This document shows positions 11,142 through 23,601 of a stretch of 38,415 nt of DNA, one piece after another (the stretch's first letter is position 1; each line of letters begins with the position of its first letter). Under the pieces are notes generated by a model. The model was given only the letters and a program-made list of their open reading frames with translations, was not told where the DNA came from and did not search any database. This stretch comes from Sphaeroforma arctica JP610 (taxonomy: Eukaryota). The stretch covers positions 6,487 through 44,901 of the forward strand of contig NW_014040185.1 in NCBI RefSeq assembly GCF_001186125.1, read 5' to 3'. The translations under genes were made by a program, and so were the position numbers.

Positions 11142-12271
11142 TCGGATGGCCTCCTCCACTGTTGCAATATGTTCCTTCCTCGTAGTTATCAGATGCAATT
11201 ATAAGGTCATCGACATAGCACTGCACGTCTAAACCCGCCATCAGATTACTGATTGTACGCTGGAATTGAGACGTGAGTGTCGACAATCCGAATGGAGCCA
11301 AAATGAAGGAGTATTGGTGACTGTCCCAAGTAAACGAGAACATATGTTGTGAGTCCTTGTGAACTGGAAGGATATCGCTTGCCTCTAGAGTTACTAATAA
11401 TCTCATTAACCCTCAGTAATGTAAACTGGTCTCCCGGAATAAGGGCGTTGATTTGTCGCAAATCCAAACATACCCGAACCTTAATGAGCTCCCCCGACGG
11501 TGTAAATGATGGTACTGCTAGTAACGGCAGGTTGACAACTGACGCCGACGTACGACGCTTGGTGACCAATTCATGTTCCCTTTTATGTACCTGTTGTGTG
11601 ACGTGTGGTTTGTACTTGTCTGACACAAAGTTCCGTGTTTGTCGTCAAAGACCCAAAAGTTTATCTCGAGGTATGGGAAGGGTCACTTCGCTGCCTAGTA
11701 GAGTACATCGAGCCGAATCCAAAATGGTCTCGTTGGCATCTAAGTACTGTCGTAGACGTTGCCGTATATCCTCAGGCTCGGACAAGTCTAGTGCCATGCG
11801 AATGTTGATCGGTTCGAGTAGTTCATCCATAACATTACGATTGATTTCAGGAAACGGTGTGGATAGTCCCGCAAGACCTAAGCCCAATTCGCCCATAATA
11901 TCCATTCCCAGAATTACATCAATGTTATCGGGTAAATTCATAAGTTCAAACGTACAACCTGCAGCAGACTTTGTACCATATTGAACCGTCGTAGAGTGTG
12001 TCTTGCCGAGGCGCGGAGTGCGGAAAGCTTTATCCGCCAAGTATATGTAACTATCCTTAGCTGGTGGTGTAATAGACGGTTGCGCCTTTGCTGCGGATGC
12101 CTGAGTATTAACGGAGCGGTTCGCCCCCGTATCAATGAGTGTGCGCATCGCATGCCCGTTGACTTGTAACGTAACATATACACGGTTGTCAGTACGGAAC
12201 AGTTTATCTTTTACTGCAAATATTCTTGTTGCCGTTCGACCAAACGTCACGCACACGTTTAACTCAGACAC
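11142..12271 (-). pseudogene. Element C aspartic protease and N-terminal reverse transcriptase
   Basis: TLIDTGANRS, VILGMDIM, VRVCLDLRQIN, LAPFGLSTLTSQFQR, CYVDDLIIAS; frameshifted. Confidence 0.9.
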
Positions 12272-12280
12272 CTCAACATC

Positions 12281-14585
12281 TCAATTTGAGCTTGGTTCCG
12301 CTTCCCAATCCGCTGGCCCTTGCTGGGCCTCCATCAACTCATCTTCACTGTCGACATACGACACGTCGACCAGATCATGAATATGCACCATCTCGCTCTC
12401 TCCTACCTCAGCTGGCGTCGGATCATGCATCTGATCACCCCCATCCACGAGATTAACTCGAGGGTGGAAGTTATTACCCGGCGCTTGTTGTGTGCGCGTG
12501 GATGTTCCCCCAGCCGATGTACGGTGTGGTGACGCACCCCCATGTTGCGTATGGCTGCCCGTGTTAGTTGAAGTCGGTGCTCGCAGTAACTTAGGGCAAC
12601 GTGGTGCATGTGTGGAGCCAGGCAGGAGATTCTGCTCACATGACCGACAGCGAGCCCTAGGGTTCGATGCTGGCGGCGCATGCGGATTAGCTCGTGTTGT
12701 GGCCTCCACACGCGTTTGTGTGCATGAACGTGAACCCCTGGGAATTTGTCGTGGTCGGGAAAGGTTTGCTGGACGGTGTTCTTCCGCCTGGTCAATACTC
12801 ACCCGAAATACATCACGCATTTGTGCCGTTGAATATTCTCGCCAGTTAGGGTGCATACGAAGAGTATCACGGTAATATGCACCCCCCGCAGCTTGATTGA
12901 TTAAGTTGAGCATACCATGATTGCGGTACACTTGTAGCGGATTCTCATACTGTCGCATCTCCATAAAGTCGACTTTGCGTTCGAAATCCCGGAGTTGTGT
13001 CTCGAGTGGCACCGAAGGGTTTAACTTCATGCACGCCAATACATTTCTGTATGCGTTATCCTCCAGATCTTATTCGGGTGTGCGTACATTATAAGCAGTG
13101 GCGTCCTGAAACGACATAGACTGCAATTTTTGCTCGTTCTCCACAATAAAATCCAAAAGCGCCTTGGTTACTCCTTATTTCTGTAGTGCCCTATGTAGGC
13201 CCATCTGCATATGAATCGGGTCTAATTCGTGAAATCTTGCATTCTTATGCCAATTCAAAATAAACGCATGAAACTGTATTTTCTGCGGATTATCCAAATA
13301 ATAGCTGCCCTGTGGATTAGGTGGCCATTCCTTGGATGTCCGTTTATCGACCGTTATTGAGCAAGTCTTCAACGTCTCGTTAGAGGTACGAATTAAGCCC
13401 TGCAACGAACGAACGTCTTCAGTGAGTCCCTCAGCTTCCGCTTGCATCATACGTTGGGTGAGAAGGAATACCTGCGTTTTCATCTCTGCCGCGGTAGACT
13501 CAGTAATGCACGCCTCCGTAGGTGGTGATATCTTACATCGTTTTACCTCCTACGGGTCTTCCAGGTAGCGATCGTGGTGAACAGGGAAGTGCTTACGGTA
13601 TGCAGGGGTATCGATAGGTACATTTGCATTATCCTGACAGTTCTTCTTCCTTTCTTCTGGAGATTGCGGACGACGATGCTGTTGTAATTTGTCCCTTAAT
13701 AAATTCGCTGCCGCTTGACCGTGAGTAGGCTGTTGACGTGGAAATTTCATCACTTTGCGAAATGCCTCAAAGGATCGCTTCGCCGACGATGACAAATTTT
13801 GAGGGGTAGCCATGTCCAAATGTAAGTCCGCTGGGTCCAAAAAAAAGTCTACCAGGTGATTTCACCCAAGTTGTCGACTCCTGATACCAATCCGGACCAT
13901 CAGCCGGCATCTTATCAGGAGTCGGAATTGTCTGGGCTCAATTTTGAGCGTTCTTCAGCAACCGCTCTCTGCGCGTAACGTGGACATTCTCGTAAGGAGC
14001 CACTTGAGGTACGGGCTTCGTGCGGCCAATCCTGTGCTTCACCGGGCTAATTTGCTTCATGTCGATAGCCCCGCTGTCAGGTGACTGGTCGGTTGGTGGC
14101 AACTCTGCCTGTGTTAGGTATTGATGAGCCCAATATTGTTGCACGGTTGGTTCGGCCTCAGTCTCAGAAAAATCATCATCCACTGTCGCCTGGGCCGTGT
14201 CCTGGGGCATAGACATGTCAATATCTGCCAGTAACAATTGGCGGAGTTGACGGAGTTGCTCTTGAATGAGGCGACTCTTTTCCTTTGCCTCATTCACATG
14301 CATCAACGTATTCAAGTGTCCTGCTTGATCCATAATCCATGCTGGGACTCGGTTAAGCCTATCCAAGGTTCGGATTGAGTATTGGGCTTCCAAAATCAAA
14401 TGAGTCAATCCCAAATGGATTCCCACCTTCTCGTCGTCTCCGGGTGCAGGTTTCTTGGCACGTGCTATATCCAGCTTATCGCATAGCTCGGTCAAATGTC
14501 GAATCGTTCCAAGCAACCGTTTCAGCAGCTGGTCACAGGCTTGCTTACCCACCGTAAGCAACGGTCTGGTCTCGGGTCCCGTCAT
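12281..14585 (-). pseudogene. Element C long Gag-like region (~770 codons, broken by stops and a slip near the A-run at ~13840)
   Basis: ORFs 13550-13840, 13175-13483, 12281-13039 and the protease ORF share one frame. ATG at 14585 lies ~95 nt inside the LTR boundary. Knuckle CRSC-x9-H-x3-C. Confidence 0.65.
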
Positions 14586-14680
14586 CGTTGTAAAAAAATT
14601 AAAGGTAAACTAGGTCGCTTCTTAGTTAAATAACCTCTAAAGCGTAGTATAATAAATACAGTAGTTAGGACACTTAAAAA

Positions 14681-15118
14681 TGTGGTCAAAAACAAGTATC
14701 ACTTAATAAAGAGTGTTAAGTCTGAAATAATTGAACTCAGTCAGAAGTGCCGTTATGATCGGCCCGTCTGCTGTATTTATTATCACGTTCCTATATGGAA
14801 CGAGATTTTCTCTAACAATGGGTAATTATGAAAATACCCGTATCTGTGGTTTTCGTCTCCTGGTTACTAAATTATGATGACACCGTATGAGTCATCTCTA
14901 TGGTTGTCGTCTCTTAGATACTAAATTATGATGACACCTTCTGAGTCATCAATCTCTCATAATAAATTTCTCTGTCTCAATATCAGGTCTGGTCTCTCTG
15001 AGTCCGGTCCTAGAATATTCTACTCAGATCCGGTCCTCTGGTCCGGTCCTGAAATTTCACTTGTAGGTCGAGCCCTCTGGTCCGGTCCTAAATGTCCGTC
15101 CTAAGTACTTTGTCCACA
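14681..15118 (-). repeat. 5' LTR of element C (438 bp) with internal tandem subrepeats
   Basis: TGTGGTCAAA...TTTGTCCACA terminal inverted repeat (9/10). Duplicated ~50-bp unit near 14848-14950 and repeated TCCGGTCCT motifs. Confidence 0.85.
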
Positions 15119-18042
15119 ACGATCATTCGAGTGCCCTGTTTCTGATTGCGCTAAATATAGAACACATCCACGTGAATTCTCTGCATGAAGTACCGGGCTT
15201 CTTCTACAGTAGCAGGCAACCCCCGAGCCATGTCGCGTCGCATAAGTGCACATGGTCAGCAAGTCCTGAATCACCCTGCGATTGGTGACCTTTCGATAAA
15301 AGTCAGTCAATCTCTTTTAACCAACGTGAGCAAGATCCTGATGTAGCTCGAGTAGTAGCTCATCTGTGATTGGTTCATCCCCGTCGCCTAGCAACGTCAT
15401 CGCCACAGCAACCACCTCATCATCAACACCGGCGAGTCTAGATAACGTATCCGCGTCGCCCATGTCCTTACCCTTGACATTTGAAAGTGTAAAGTTGAAG
15501 TTCTGTAGCTGTAGGAACCAACGTCGAATTCGTCGACCTCATACAGTATCATCAACACCCAAACGCTTCCAGAGTCCCAACAACGGCAAATGGTCGGTTT
15601 CTACATAGACTTGACCAGGTAGTCTATCAAGTATAATTGACCAGCGATCAAAAGCCCAGACGACAGCTAATGCCTCCAACTCTGTGATCGAATACAATTG
15701 CTGCGCTGAGTTCCATTGTGTCGATGCAAAGGATACCGGTACTACACCTTCTTCTCTAGTAACATACAGTGCTACCCCACAGCCCATCTTACTAGCGTAC
15801 GAGTGTAGTTTTAGTACGTCATCCTCTTGTGGTGAAGCTAGCGCTGGTGCCTGATCCAACACATCGAGGAACTTATCCCACGCACGCTGTTGCTCCAATC
15901 CCCACTCAAAAATTACCCCCTTCTTCAAAAGTCTAGCCAACGGCTCCAAGACTAAGGAGAAGTCCGGTACACATCTATACCACCAATTAGCTGTGGCATA
16001 CAGACTACGTAGCTCTTCTTTGCTCTCGGGCATTCGCATTGCTTACAGAGCCTGTGCGGTCTCGTCCTTAATTGACGAAGACCAACTTCCAATAATTCGC
16101 CCAAGGAACTCTACCTTCAACTTCATGAATTCGCACTTCGCCAGACGAACCTTGACATTTCGTTCTTTCAGTCTGCGTAATACCGCCTTCAGTAAGTTAG
16201 TGTGTCCTTCCATGGTCATAGATCCTAGGAAGACATCATCAATGTACATGAAGACTCCTTCAAGATCTTGAAATGTAAATCCTGAATCGACCAACCCCAT
16301 GGACATCTTCAAGTATCGATATCGCTTCCCTTCAAAAGTGAACGTGGTATATTTCCATGACTCACGTGCGAGTTCCACCTGCCAATAACCACATGCCATA
16401 TCCAACTTAGAGAAATACATATACTTTGATGCACTTCGCACCAAGTCCTCTTCCTTCGGCACTGGGAACGACCGAAACTTCACTTGCCGATTCAATGGCA
16501 CCAAATTTGCACAAAGCGCCATGTGCCAGGCTCCTTCTTAGGAACTACCAGCGGCTGCTGGTTTCAATCCGTCTTCCAAAACAACTCCTCAATGACGGGT
16601 TCCTTAAGCATACGATGAACCTCAGTCCTGTTGGCCTCTCTCTTCTGAGGATTATTTTCCTCATAGTATATGTAAACCGGGCTAGCACCATCTTGTAACA
16701 CGATCTCATGCTCAGCCCCCGTGATGGTATACTCTTCGCCATCTTCCCATGAAACCTCCTGCAGCAAATCTTGAATTGCCGCAGTCATCTAAAACTCCGA
16801 TGGTCCTCAAGCCAAATCTTTCTCAAACTTCAATACTTGGTCTGTTCTTGTCCTGACTGTTAGCGACGACCCAAGTACGTAATCTCGTATCCATGGCCAC
16901 CCAAGTAAAGGAACGTCCAATACCTTGGCGTCGACCCTATGGAATGTCTGCTGACTCTCGTTGTCAGCAAACCCAACCATGATCTCAACCAGTCCATACA
17001 ATCGGGTACACCCACCAAACCCATCAAGCCAGCTCTCTCTAGCTACCGATAGATCTTATTGCTTCGAGTTTGGACCAGCCCAGAACTTTGGTAACAAGTT
17101 TACCTCAGCCCTACTGTACAGTGTGGCCGATACTGTATGACCATAAATTAGCAACTTTTCTCGCCAGATTCTTTTGCTATCTCCTAGCCGTCGTACGATC
17201 GGCCCGTCCCGGCATACCTGCTTGCATACGGATGTCATGTGGCTTTTATTGCCACAATTTCGGCACTCTCCGTCAAACAAACAGTCTTAGCAAAAAGTAC
17301 CTTGTCACGTGCACCACGTGACTTCTGAATAATCGAAGCTACAATGTCTGCAAGTCTCATTGCCTCTACTAAGCTGTCTTCATTAGCCAACTTCAAGCGT
17401 ACCTCCATCTTCAACTGGTCGTCAAGTCTCTTGATGTATATAGCTACTACCTCGTTCTCTTGCATGTTCGGTACATTAAGTAATAGCTCTTGAAACTTCT
17501 CGGCGTAAGCTTGCACAGCGCCGGTCTGCCTAATCGCCATCAACGTTTCTCTACACTCAGTCTGTCAGTTCGGTGGCAAGAACATGTCTTGTATCTGCTG
17601 GCTGAGACCGGCCCACTGCGCTATGTTGCCTTGGTTTCTTCCTGAACCACGCCAGAGCACGTTCACTCAAGAACGTGCTCGTATACTGGATTATTACTTG
17701 CTCTGGCACCTTATGCCCAAGATTTATTCCTTCCGCGGTAAACAGCTCCATACGATAAACTCATTCCCGCACTGCAGATACATCTGCCTTGCCTCCATAG
17801 ACATCAGGTTTATTGAGCTTCAATGTGGGCCTCCCGACTGCAGGGTTTGCTGTATCTGTTGCTGTAGCTCAGCAATCTGTTGTTGATATTGTGCCATGTT
17901 GGCACCCTCCACCCGTTGCTGTAAGTTAGCAACTTGTTGTTGATATAGAGCCAGGGCGGCCAAATTCTCCCTAATTTGTACCAACTCGGCCGATTGCCGA
18001 TTGGGCCGGCTGGTTTGGCGTACTGTGTCCTTGGCCCGACAT
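15119..18042 (-). pseudogene. Element A gag-pol (Gag, CCHC knuckle, degenerate protease, RT, RNase H, integrase N-terminus)
   Basis: ERALAWF and RQTGAVQAYAEKF (retrotransposon Gag), CRNCGNKSHMTSVC, FSKLDMACGYWQV, FMYIDDVF, YSITELEALAVVWA, VETDHLPL, DADTLSR, LHQDLAHVG, FMQRIHVDVF (shifted frame). Confidence 0.92.
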
Positions 18043-18480
18043 ATCTTAATTTATGCTCTCTTAGTGATCCTCAGCTGTGGCAGCTTGGGCGTACCCCAAC
18101 GTGTCCGAGACATTACTAACTCAGAGGCCCTAACGTTTGCAAAGGTTAGAAAGCGGAGCCGCAAGCAACCCTGGGCTTTTAAAAACATAAGGCTCTTCCT
18201 TTTCCCACAAAGTGAGTTTCTACGTAATAACCCGCCCCAAACGCCGTTCGATCCACTGGGATAAATACCACGTTAGCCTGTCCGCACGTCTTCTGAGCCC
18301 AAGTCCTTTTTAAGCCTAGTACTGTACACAAAGTCGTACTGATAACGGAGTACCTGGTCCTACCAAAGTTACAGCCTTTATCACACTTCCTTTTCGCTGA
18401 AAGAGAGCGCCGTCCCACGATCAACGTTAATACCCTGTTAGTCGAGACTATCCTTGAAGAGCCCCTTCAGCAGCTTATAT

Positions 18481-19083
18481 TACAAGGTCCCTCGAATTTC
18501 CCTAAGTTCGGTCCTTATTCTCCAAATCCAAAAATCGGCCCAAAAAATGGTTATCACAGTTTTGGCGCCACAAATTTCAAATTCCCAAATTCGGTAGTAG
18601 TAACTTTATTCTTAGGTTTACGATATAAGCAGTCTTTAGTCCTCGTCCTTGTGTTCCTTATGTTCTTAGTGAAAGTCTGAACTCTAACGCTGGACGTGGA
18701 CTGCTTTTATAGTCCGCCGGGACCTATCTCTATCTATTCCCGAACGAACTTGTACTACTAACATCCTAGGCTATTAACTATAACTGTATCATTCGTAGTG
18801 AGAGGAAAAGGCACGGGCCTAGAAAACCCTCTGCTACGATGTTCTCGAACTTTCTCAGGGCGTCATCGTCTATGTATATTCGTAGACACTTTGCTCTGTT
18901 CGTGAATATACATAGACAATTTTAAGTATGACCCATGTAGAATGACACTCAAAAATCATCAGGGCCAGGTTTATACGATTAACCCATGAATTTCCCGGAA
19001 TCATGACCCATTATTCGGGACCCGCCAAAATTCAGGGTACCGAAGAGTCTCGAAAATTTATTAGGAGTCCCGAAACTCCTACA
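18481..19083 (-). repeat. 5' LTR of element A (~603 bp)
   Basis: Begins TGTAGG on the minus strand and matches the left LTR blocks. TATAAAA on the minus strand at 18705-18711. Confidence 0.8.
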
Positions 19084-19810
19084 ATAGTAAAGAAACAAAA
19101 ATGAAATTGTTTATAATATTGAGTATTGAGTATACGTAGACGTATATTTCCTGTCAATACTTTTAAAAAATTACAAGAAAGTCTGTTTTAGTGTTTTAGG
19201 TTCTATTATTCCATTGGAATTTATCTGGAAAAGGGTTTGTTCCAATTTGAGTAATTTCAGGTTTTGTCATTTTGTCGAGTTCTAATGTACTCTGGACTCT
19301 GGACTTGGAGCTAGCATCAATACAGTGTTGGTATTTAGGAGTATACGTTAAAGTAAATAGAGTAATAGACACGTTTTGATATTTGAACGTTACATATGAC
19401 GTACAAGACTGGGGGACTGTGTTATTCATACCAAAAAAAGCACTAAATCATAGCCCTTCTAAAATAGACTCTAAATAGTATAATATACTGAATGCTTTAT
19501 TTTTTTGAAGAGGGTGCAAGTCGCATAAACACAATGTTGTACTACCCTTTGAAATTGTCAGTAAGGTTGAGGCCATCCTCAGGCTGAACCAAAAGGATGA
19601 GCGTTATGTACTGTGTGAGCTAAGTATTAAATAATAACTAAAGTCATCTCACATTGTTCTCAACAAGTGTGCACGCACACGTTGTTAATATTATTAATTG
19701 AGTGCACGACTGCCCACCGGCCACCGGTAAAGTCACGCGTAATAGTTCGGTATTTGGGCCCATAAATGGCGACCCTGCCTTTGCGGATGGACCGGATGCG
19801 GTTTAGACAC

Positions 19811-20888
19811 GGGCTCAGGCGATAATAGTTTTATGTTCATTGATGCCGTATAGAGACATTCATCCTTTCCAAGGGTATTAATAAATCGTTAATAGCGTGT
19901 TCCAGATTTGTCAAATCTCGATTTCTATTTTGAAAATCCCAATATTTTTTGGCACATTTCAAGATTATTCCTAAATAATCTGCGAAGGCGCCAAGGTCGT
20001 AGTACAAGTAGAACACCTATTTTTATCTACTTAGGAGTCTAACACCAAATTTGAATCGTCCAAAACGCGATTATTGGGTCAAAATATTTTATGTTGTCAA
20101 GTAGAAATATTGTCCAAACAATATCGTATATGCATTCTGGTAACAGTAATACAAGCTTCAGCTGTTAAAATCGAGAAACAGTGCGTTTACACCATATGTA
20201 AGTATAACAAAAGTCTGAAAATCATAACGAAGCCATATAATTGGATACGCGCACCAAATTGACCTCCATTTGGTGTGCGTGTTCAAATATATAGCTTTGT
20301 TATGATTTTGAGACCAACGTTATACTTGCATAACCATAATTAAACCACAATAATCTAATTTTAATCGTTTGTGGGTGAATGTGTAGTGGATTTTGATAAA
20401 AAGTTCAGGAAATGTGATTCATCGTGCAATCGATTGAATGGCACATCAAATGACGTAAACACACTTTTCTCGATTTTAGCAGCTGTATGTTGCATTACCG
20501 TTATAATAGTGCATATACGATATTGTATATGTACGTGACAACATTGAAACTTTACTAATTATGCATAGTTAGACCCAGTAATCACGTTTTGGAGGTTTTC
20601 GATGTAGTGTCAGACTCCTAAGCATATAAAGTGTTCCACTCGTACTACGACCTTGGCGTCTACGCAGATCATTTACAAAATACTTAATCTTGAAATATGC
20701 CAAAAATAAATAAAATTTGGGAATAAATAGAAATCCGGATTTAGTTAATCAGGAACGCTTCGTTATTTTCATCCCGATTTTATCCCCTTGGTAGATGGAT
20801 GGGGTGTTAAAATAAGCGCGTCTGTGAATGATGTGGGCCGAATGTCTTTATACGGCACTGGTGACAATAAAATTATTAACCACCTCAG
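19811..20888. repeat. Long imperfect palindrome (foldback/MITE-like), centre ~20264
   Basis: Arm pairs include GGCGCCAAGGTCGTAGTAC (~19987) with GTACTACGACCTTGGCGTC (~20642), TGCCGTATAGAGACATTC with GAATGTCTTTATACGGCA, and the central GCACCAAAT...ATTTGGTGT. Confidence 0.85.
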
Positions 20889-21380
20889 GATACTTATACT
20901 TTTTCGAGATTAATTTGCTTAAATATAGGTGTATTAATGTAATTAGCGTGATTTAAAGCACTTATGAGATGTGTTTGTTTTCTGCCGGTTTGTTTGTTAT
21001 CTGTCAGCTGAAAGCGCTCGACTTAAATGTTAGATATTGTAGGGCGGATACAACCCATTTGTTGCACTTATGTTAGGTCCTTGTCGGTCTTAAGGGCTTG
21101 ACAGATACATGTATATAGGCGTCCTCTGTCTTAGCTATTGCTTCGGATTCGCCCAAGGTTTTACAGATGTCACTATTCGTGTCTAACATGGGTCGACCTC
21201 TCCTCTGAGGCCGACAAAGAACTAATACAACAAGTGCAATAAATGGGCTAAAATCACGCTAATTACATTTTTAAAAAAGCGAAGTAAACTCGAAAAAGTA
21301 CGAGTATGAGACTGGTAGGAAACTGGGCTTGAGGCGGTTAAAATTTTTATTGCCACCAGTGCCGTATAAAGACATTCGGT
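20840..21380. repeat. Second imperfect palindrome sharing one arm with the first, centre ~21150
   Basis: GAATGTCTTTATACGGCACTGGTG (20840) pairs with CACCAGTGCCGTATAAAGACATTC (~21354). AATGTAATTAGCGTGATTT pairs with AAATCACGCTAATTACATT. Confidence 0.8.
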
Positions 21381-22194
21381 GTCCTGTGACCTTGTTTTCA
21401 CTGTTCTGTACTATCACATATCAGTAGAACACACATATGTGGCCTGTGCTCCCCATTTTATCTTTTTTTTAAATAAATAATACATATCATTTTTTTCCCT
21501 TTCTTTTCTTTTTAGAAGCGGTATATGTATTGTAATTTTTTAAAACTACCACCTCTATGGCTGAGCTTTTAAATTGCCGCCATTAGGACTACCGCCTAAG
21601 ACTGTACTACTTATTACTGGCGCTTAGAATTGCCTCCACTTTTAGGACTGACTGTGTATTCTTTTTATTCATGGCCCTCTGGCGAAGTCTGGATTCACTC
21701 TGCGCAGCCGTGAGCGGCTCTCAACACCGAACAACTTTAACATGGTTTTTGATTCTTATTGGTTGGTAACATGGTTACAATTATATATAACTCAATATGC
21801 CGCAGTCTAGAACATTTTATTTTTAGTAATAGTAAAATAATCACCGGAACATTCATTTTATTGGCGAATGCTAAATATCATTTTTTTTAAATAGCGAACG
21901 CTGTGTATTATGATTTGTTTGAAACTATAGTTTGTTCAAAGGATTATTCATAGCTCATAGCCCTCATCGAACAATTTAACCTCCTGAACTTCAGGATTCC
22001 TGTTATAGGACTCTCTGAGCTTTTAAAAATGAAAATAAACGCATAAATCCCGGTCATCTAACAACAAGAGTGCACGTTTCAAAGGGTATTAAATTTGATA
22101 AAGCCAATTCTACGGAAAGGAAATATATATAAGTAGAACTATTATATACCGTCGTTAACCTGAGCATTTACAAACCTTTAACAACACCCAAATC

Positions 22195-22689
22195 ATGCGG
22201 AGATACAAGTTCACACTATGTTCCATACTATCGGCTGTACTGATGGGTGTGACTGGGCAAACAGACAAGCCGCTGGTGACGGGTTCTGCGAGAATGGAGC
22301 GCTTGCACATTGAATCTATTGAAAATACCGACGAAGGTATGTATCCAATCGTCCTTAGAATGAAGACAGACGGAGAACATATTCATATAACATATATTTT
22401 TATTTCGTATATTGTATTCACCAAGTCTCAGTTTCATTTGTAGACGCGAGATTCAAAGAAATCATTTTCTACATAAAGCATGCATCTTATTAAGTGCCTG
22501 CTATACTACAGATAAAACGCAAATAACTTCTAAATACTGATGGCAAGTGGGGGTTGTGTATAGTAGTTCTTTTTTTGAAACGATGCATGGTCAGTTTAAA
22601 ATCTTCCTACCTCAGCTTTAAATATGACAAGTGAATACAAATGAAAATTCAAACACAATCTTCAATCATGTGTATATACGAATATATAT

Positions 22690-22723
<34 letters not shown>

Positions 22724-23176
22724 TTANNNNNNNNNNNNNNNNNNNNNNNNNNNNNNNNNNNNNNNNNNNNNNNNNNNNNNNNNNNNNNNNNNNNNNNNNN
22801 NNNNNNNNNNNNNNNNNNNNNNNNNNNNNNNNNNNNNNNNNNNNNNNNNNNNNNNNNNNNNNNNNNNNNNNNNNNNNNNNNNNNNNNNNNNNNNNNNNNN
22901 NNNNNNNNNNNNNNNNNNNNNNNNNNNNNNNNNNNNNNNNNNNNNNNNNNNNNNNNNNNNNNNNNNNNNNNNNNNNNNNNNNNNNNNNNNNNNNNNNNNN
23001 NNNNNNNNNNNNNNNNNNNNNNNNNNNNNNNNNNNNNNNNNNNNNNNNTTAAGGGAATCTTTGAAAAATTTCTGTATATTTATCTTATTCTTTTGCTGGC
23101 ATGGACCTACTTCTGCGATAGAAAAGTATAGAGTAACAATGTGCGACAATTCTGCAAAATTTCCTCATTCACACAA

Positions 23177-23208
<32 letters not shown>

Positions 23209-23210
23209 CG

Positions 23211-23278
<68 letters not shown>

Positions 23279-23281
23279 TAC

Positions 23282-23349
<68 letters not shown>

Positions 23350-23358
23350 ATGTATATG

Positions 23359-23399
<41 letters not shown>

Positions 23400-23417
23400 T
23401 GTATGTATGTATGTATG

Positions 23418-23448
<31 letters not shown>

Positions 23449-23449
23449 C

Positions 23450-23488
<39 letters not shown>

Positions 23489-23569
23489 GTGTGTGTGTGT
23501 GTATGTATGCATGTATGTATGCATATATGTATTTATGTATGTACGTGTATATGTATATATATATGTTGT

Positions 23570-23601
<32 letters not shown>

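Larger units (their letters stand above)
11142..15118 (-). mobile_element. Ty3/gypsy element C, 5' half only (LTR-gag-PR-partial RT)
   Basis: LTR at 14681-15118, then a long gag, LIDTGA protease, and RT up to YVDD, interrupted by the element B LTR. Confidence 0.85.
5777..19083 (-). mobile_element. Ty3/gypsy LTR retrotransposon A (decayed outer element of the nest)
   Basis: Related terminal repeats at 5777-6057 and 18481-19083. 4-bp TSD ATAG at 5773-5776 and 19084-19087. Minus-strand gag-PR-RT-RH-INT order, split by the inserted elements. Confidence 0.85.

Noticed and set aside
11349..12875. Plus-strand ORFs of 211 aa and 127 aa within element C
   Set aside because: Antisense to protease/Gag coding sequence; no independent evidence.
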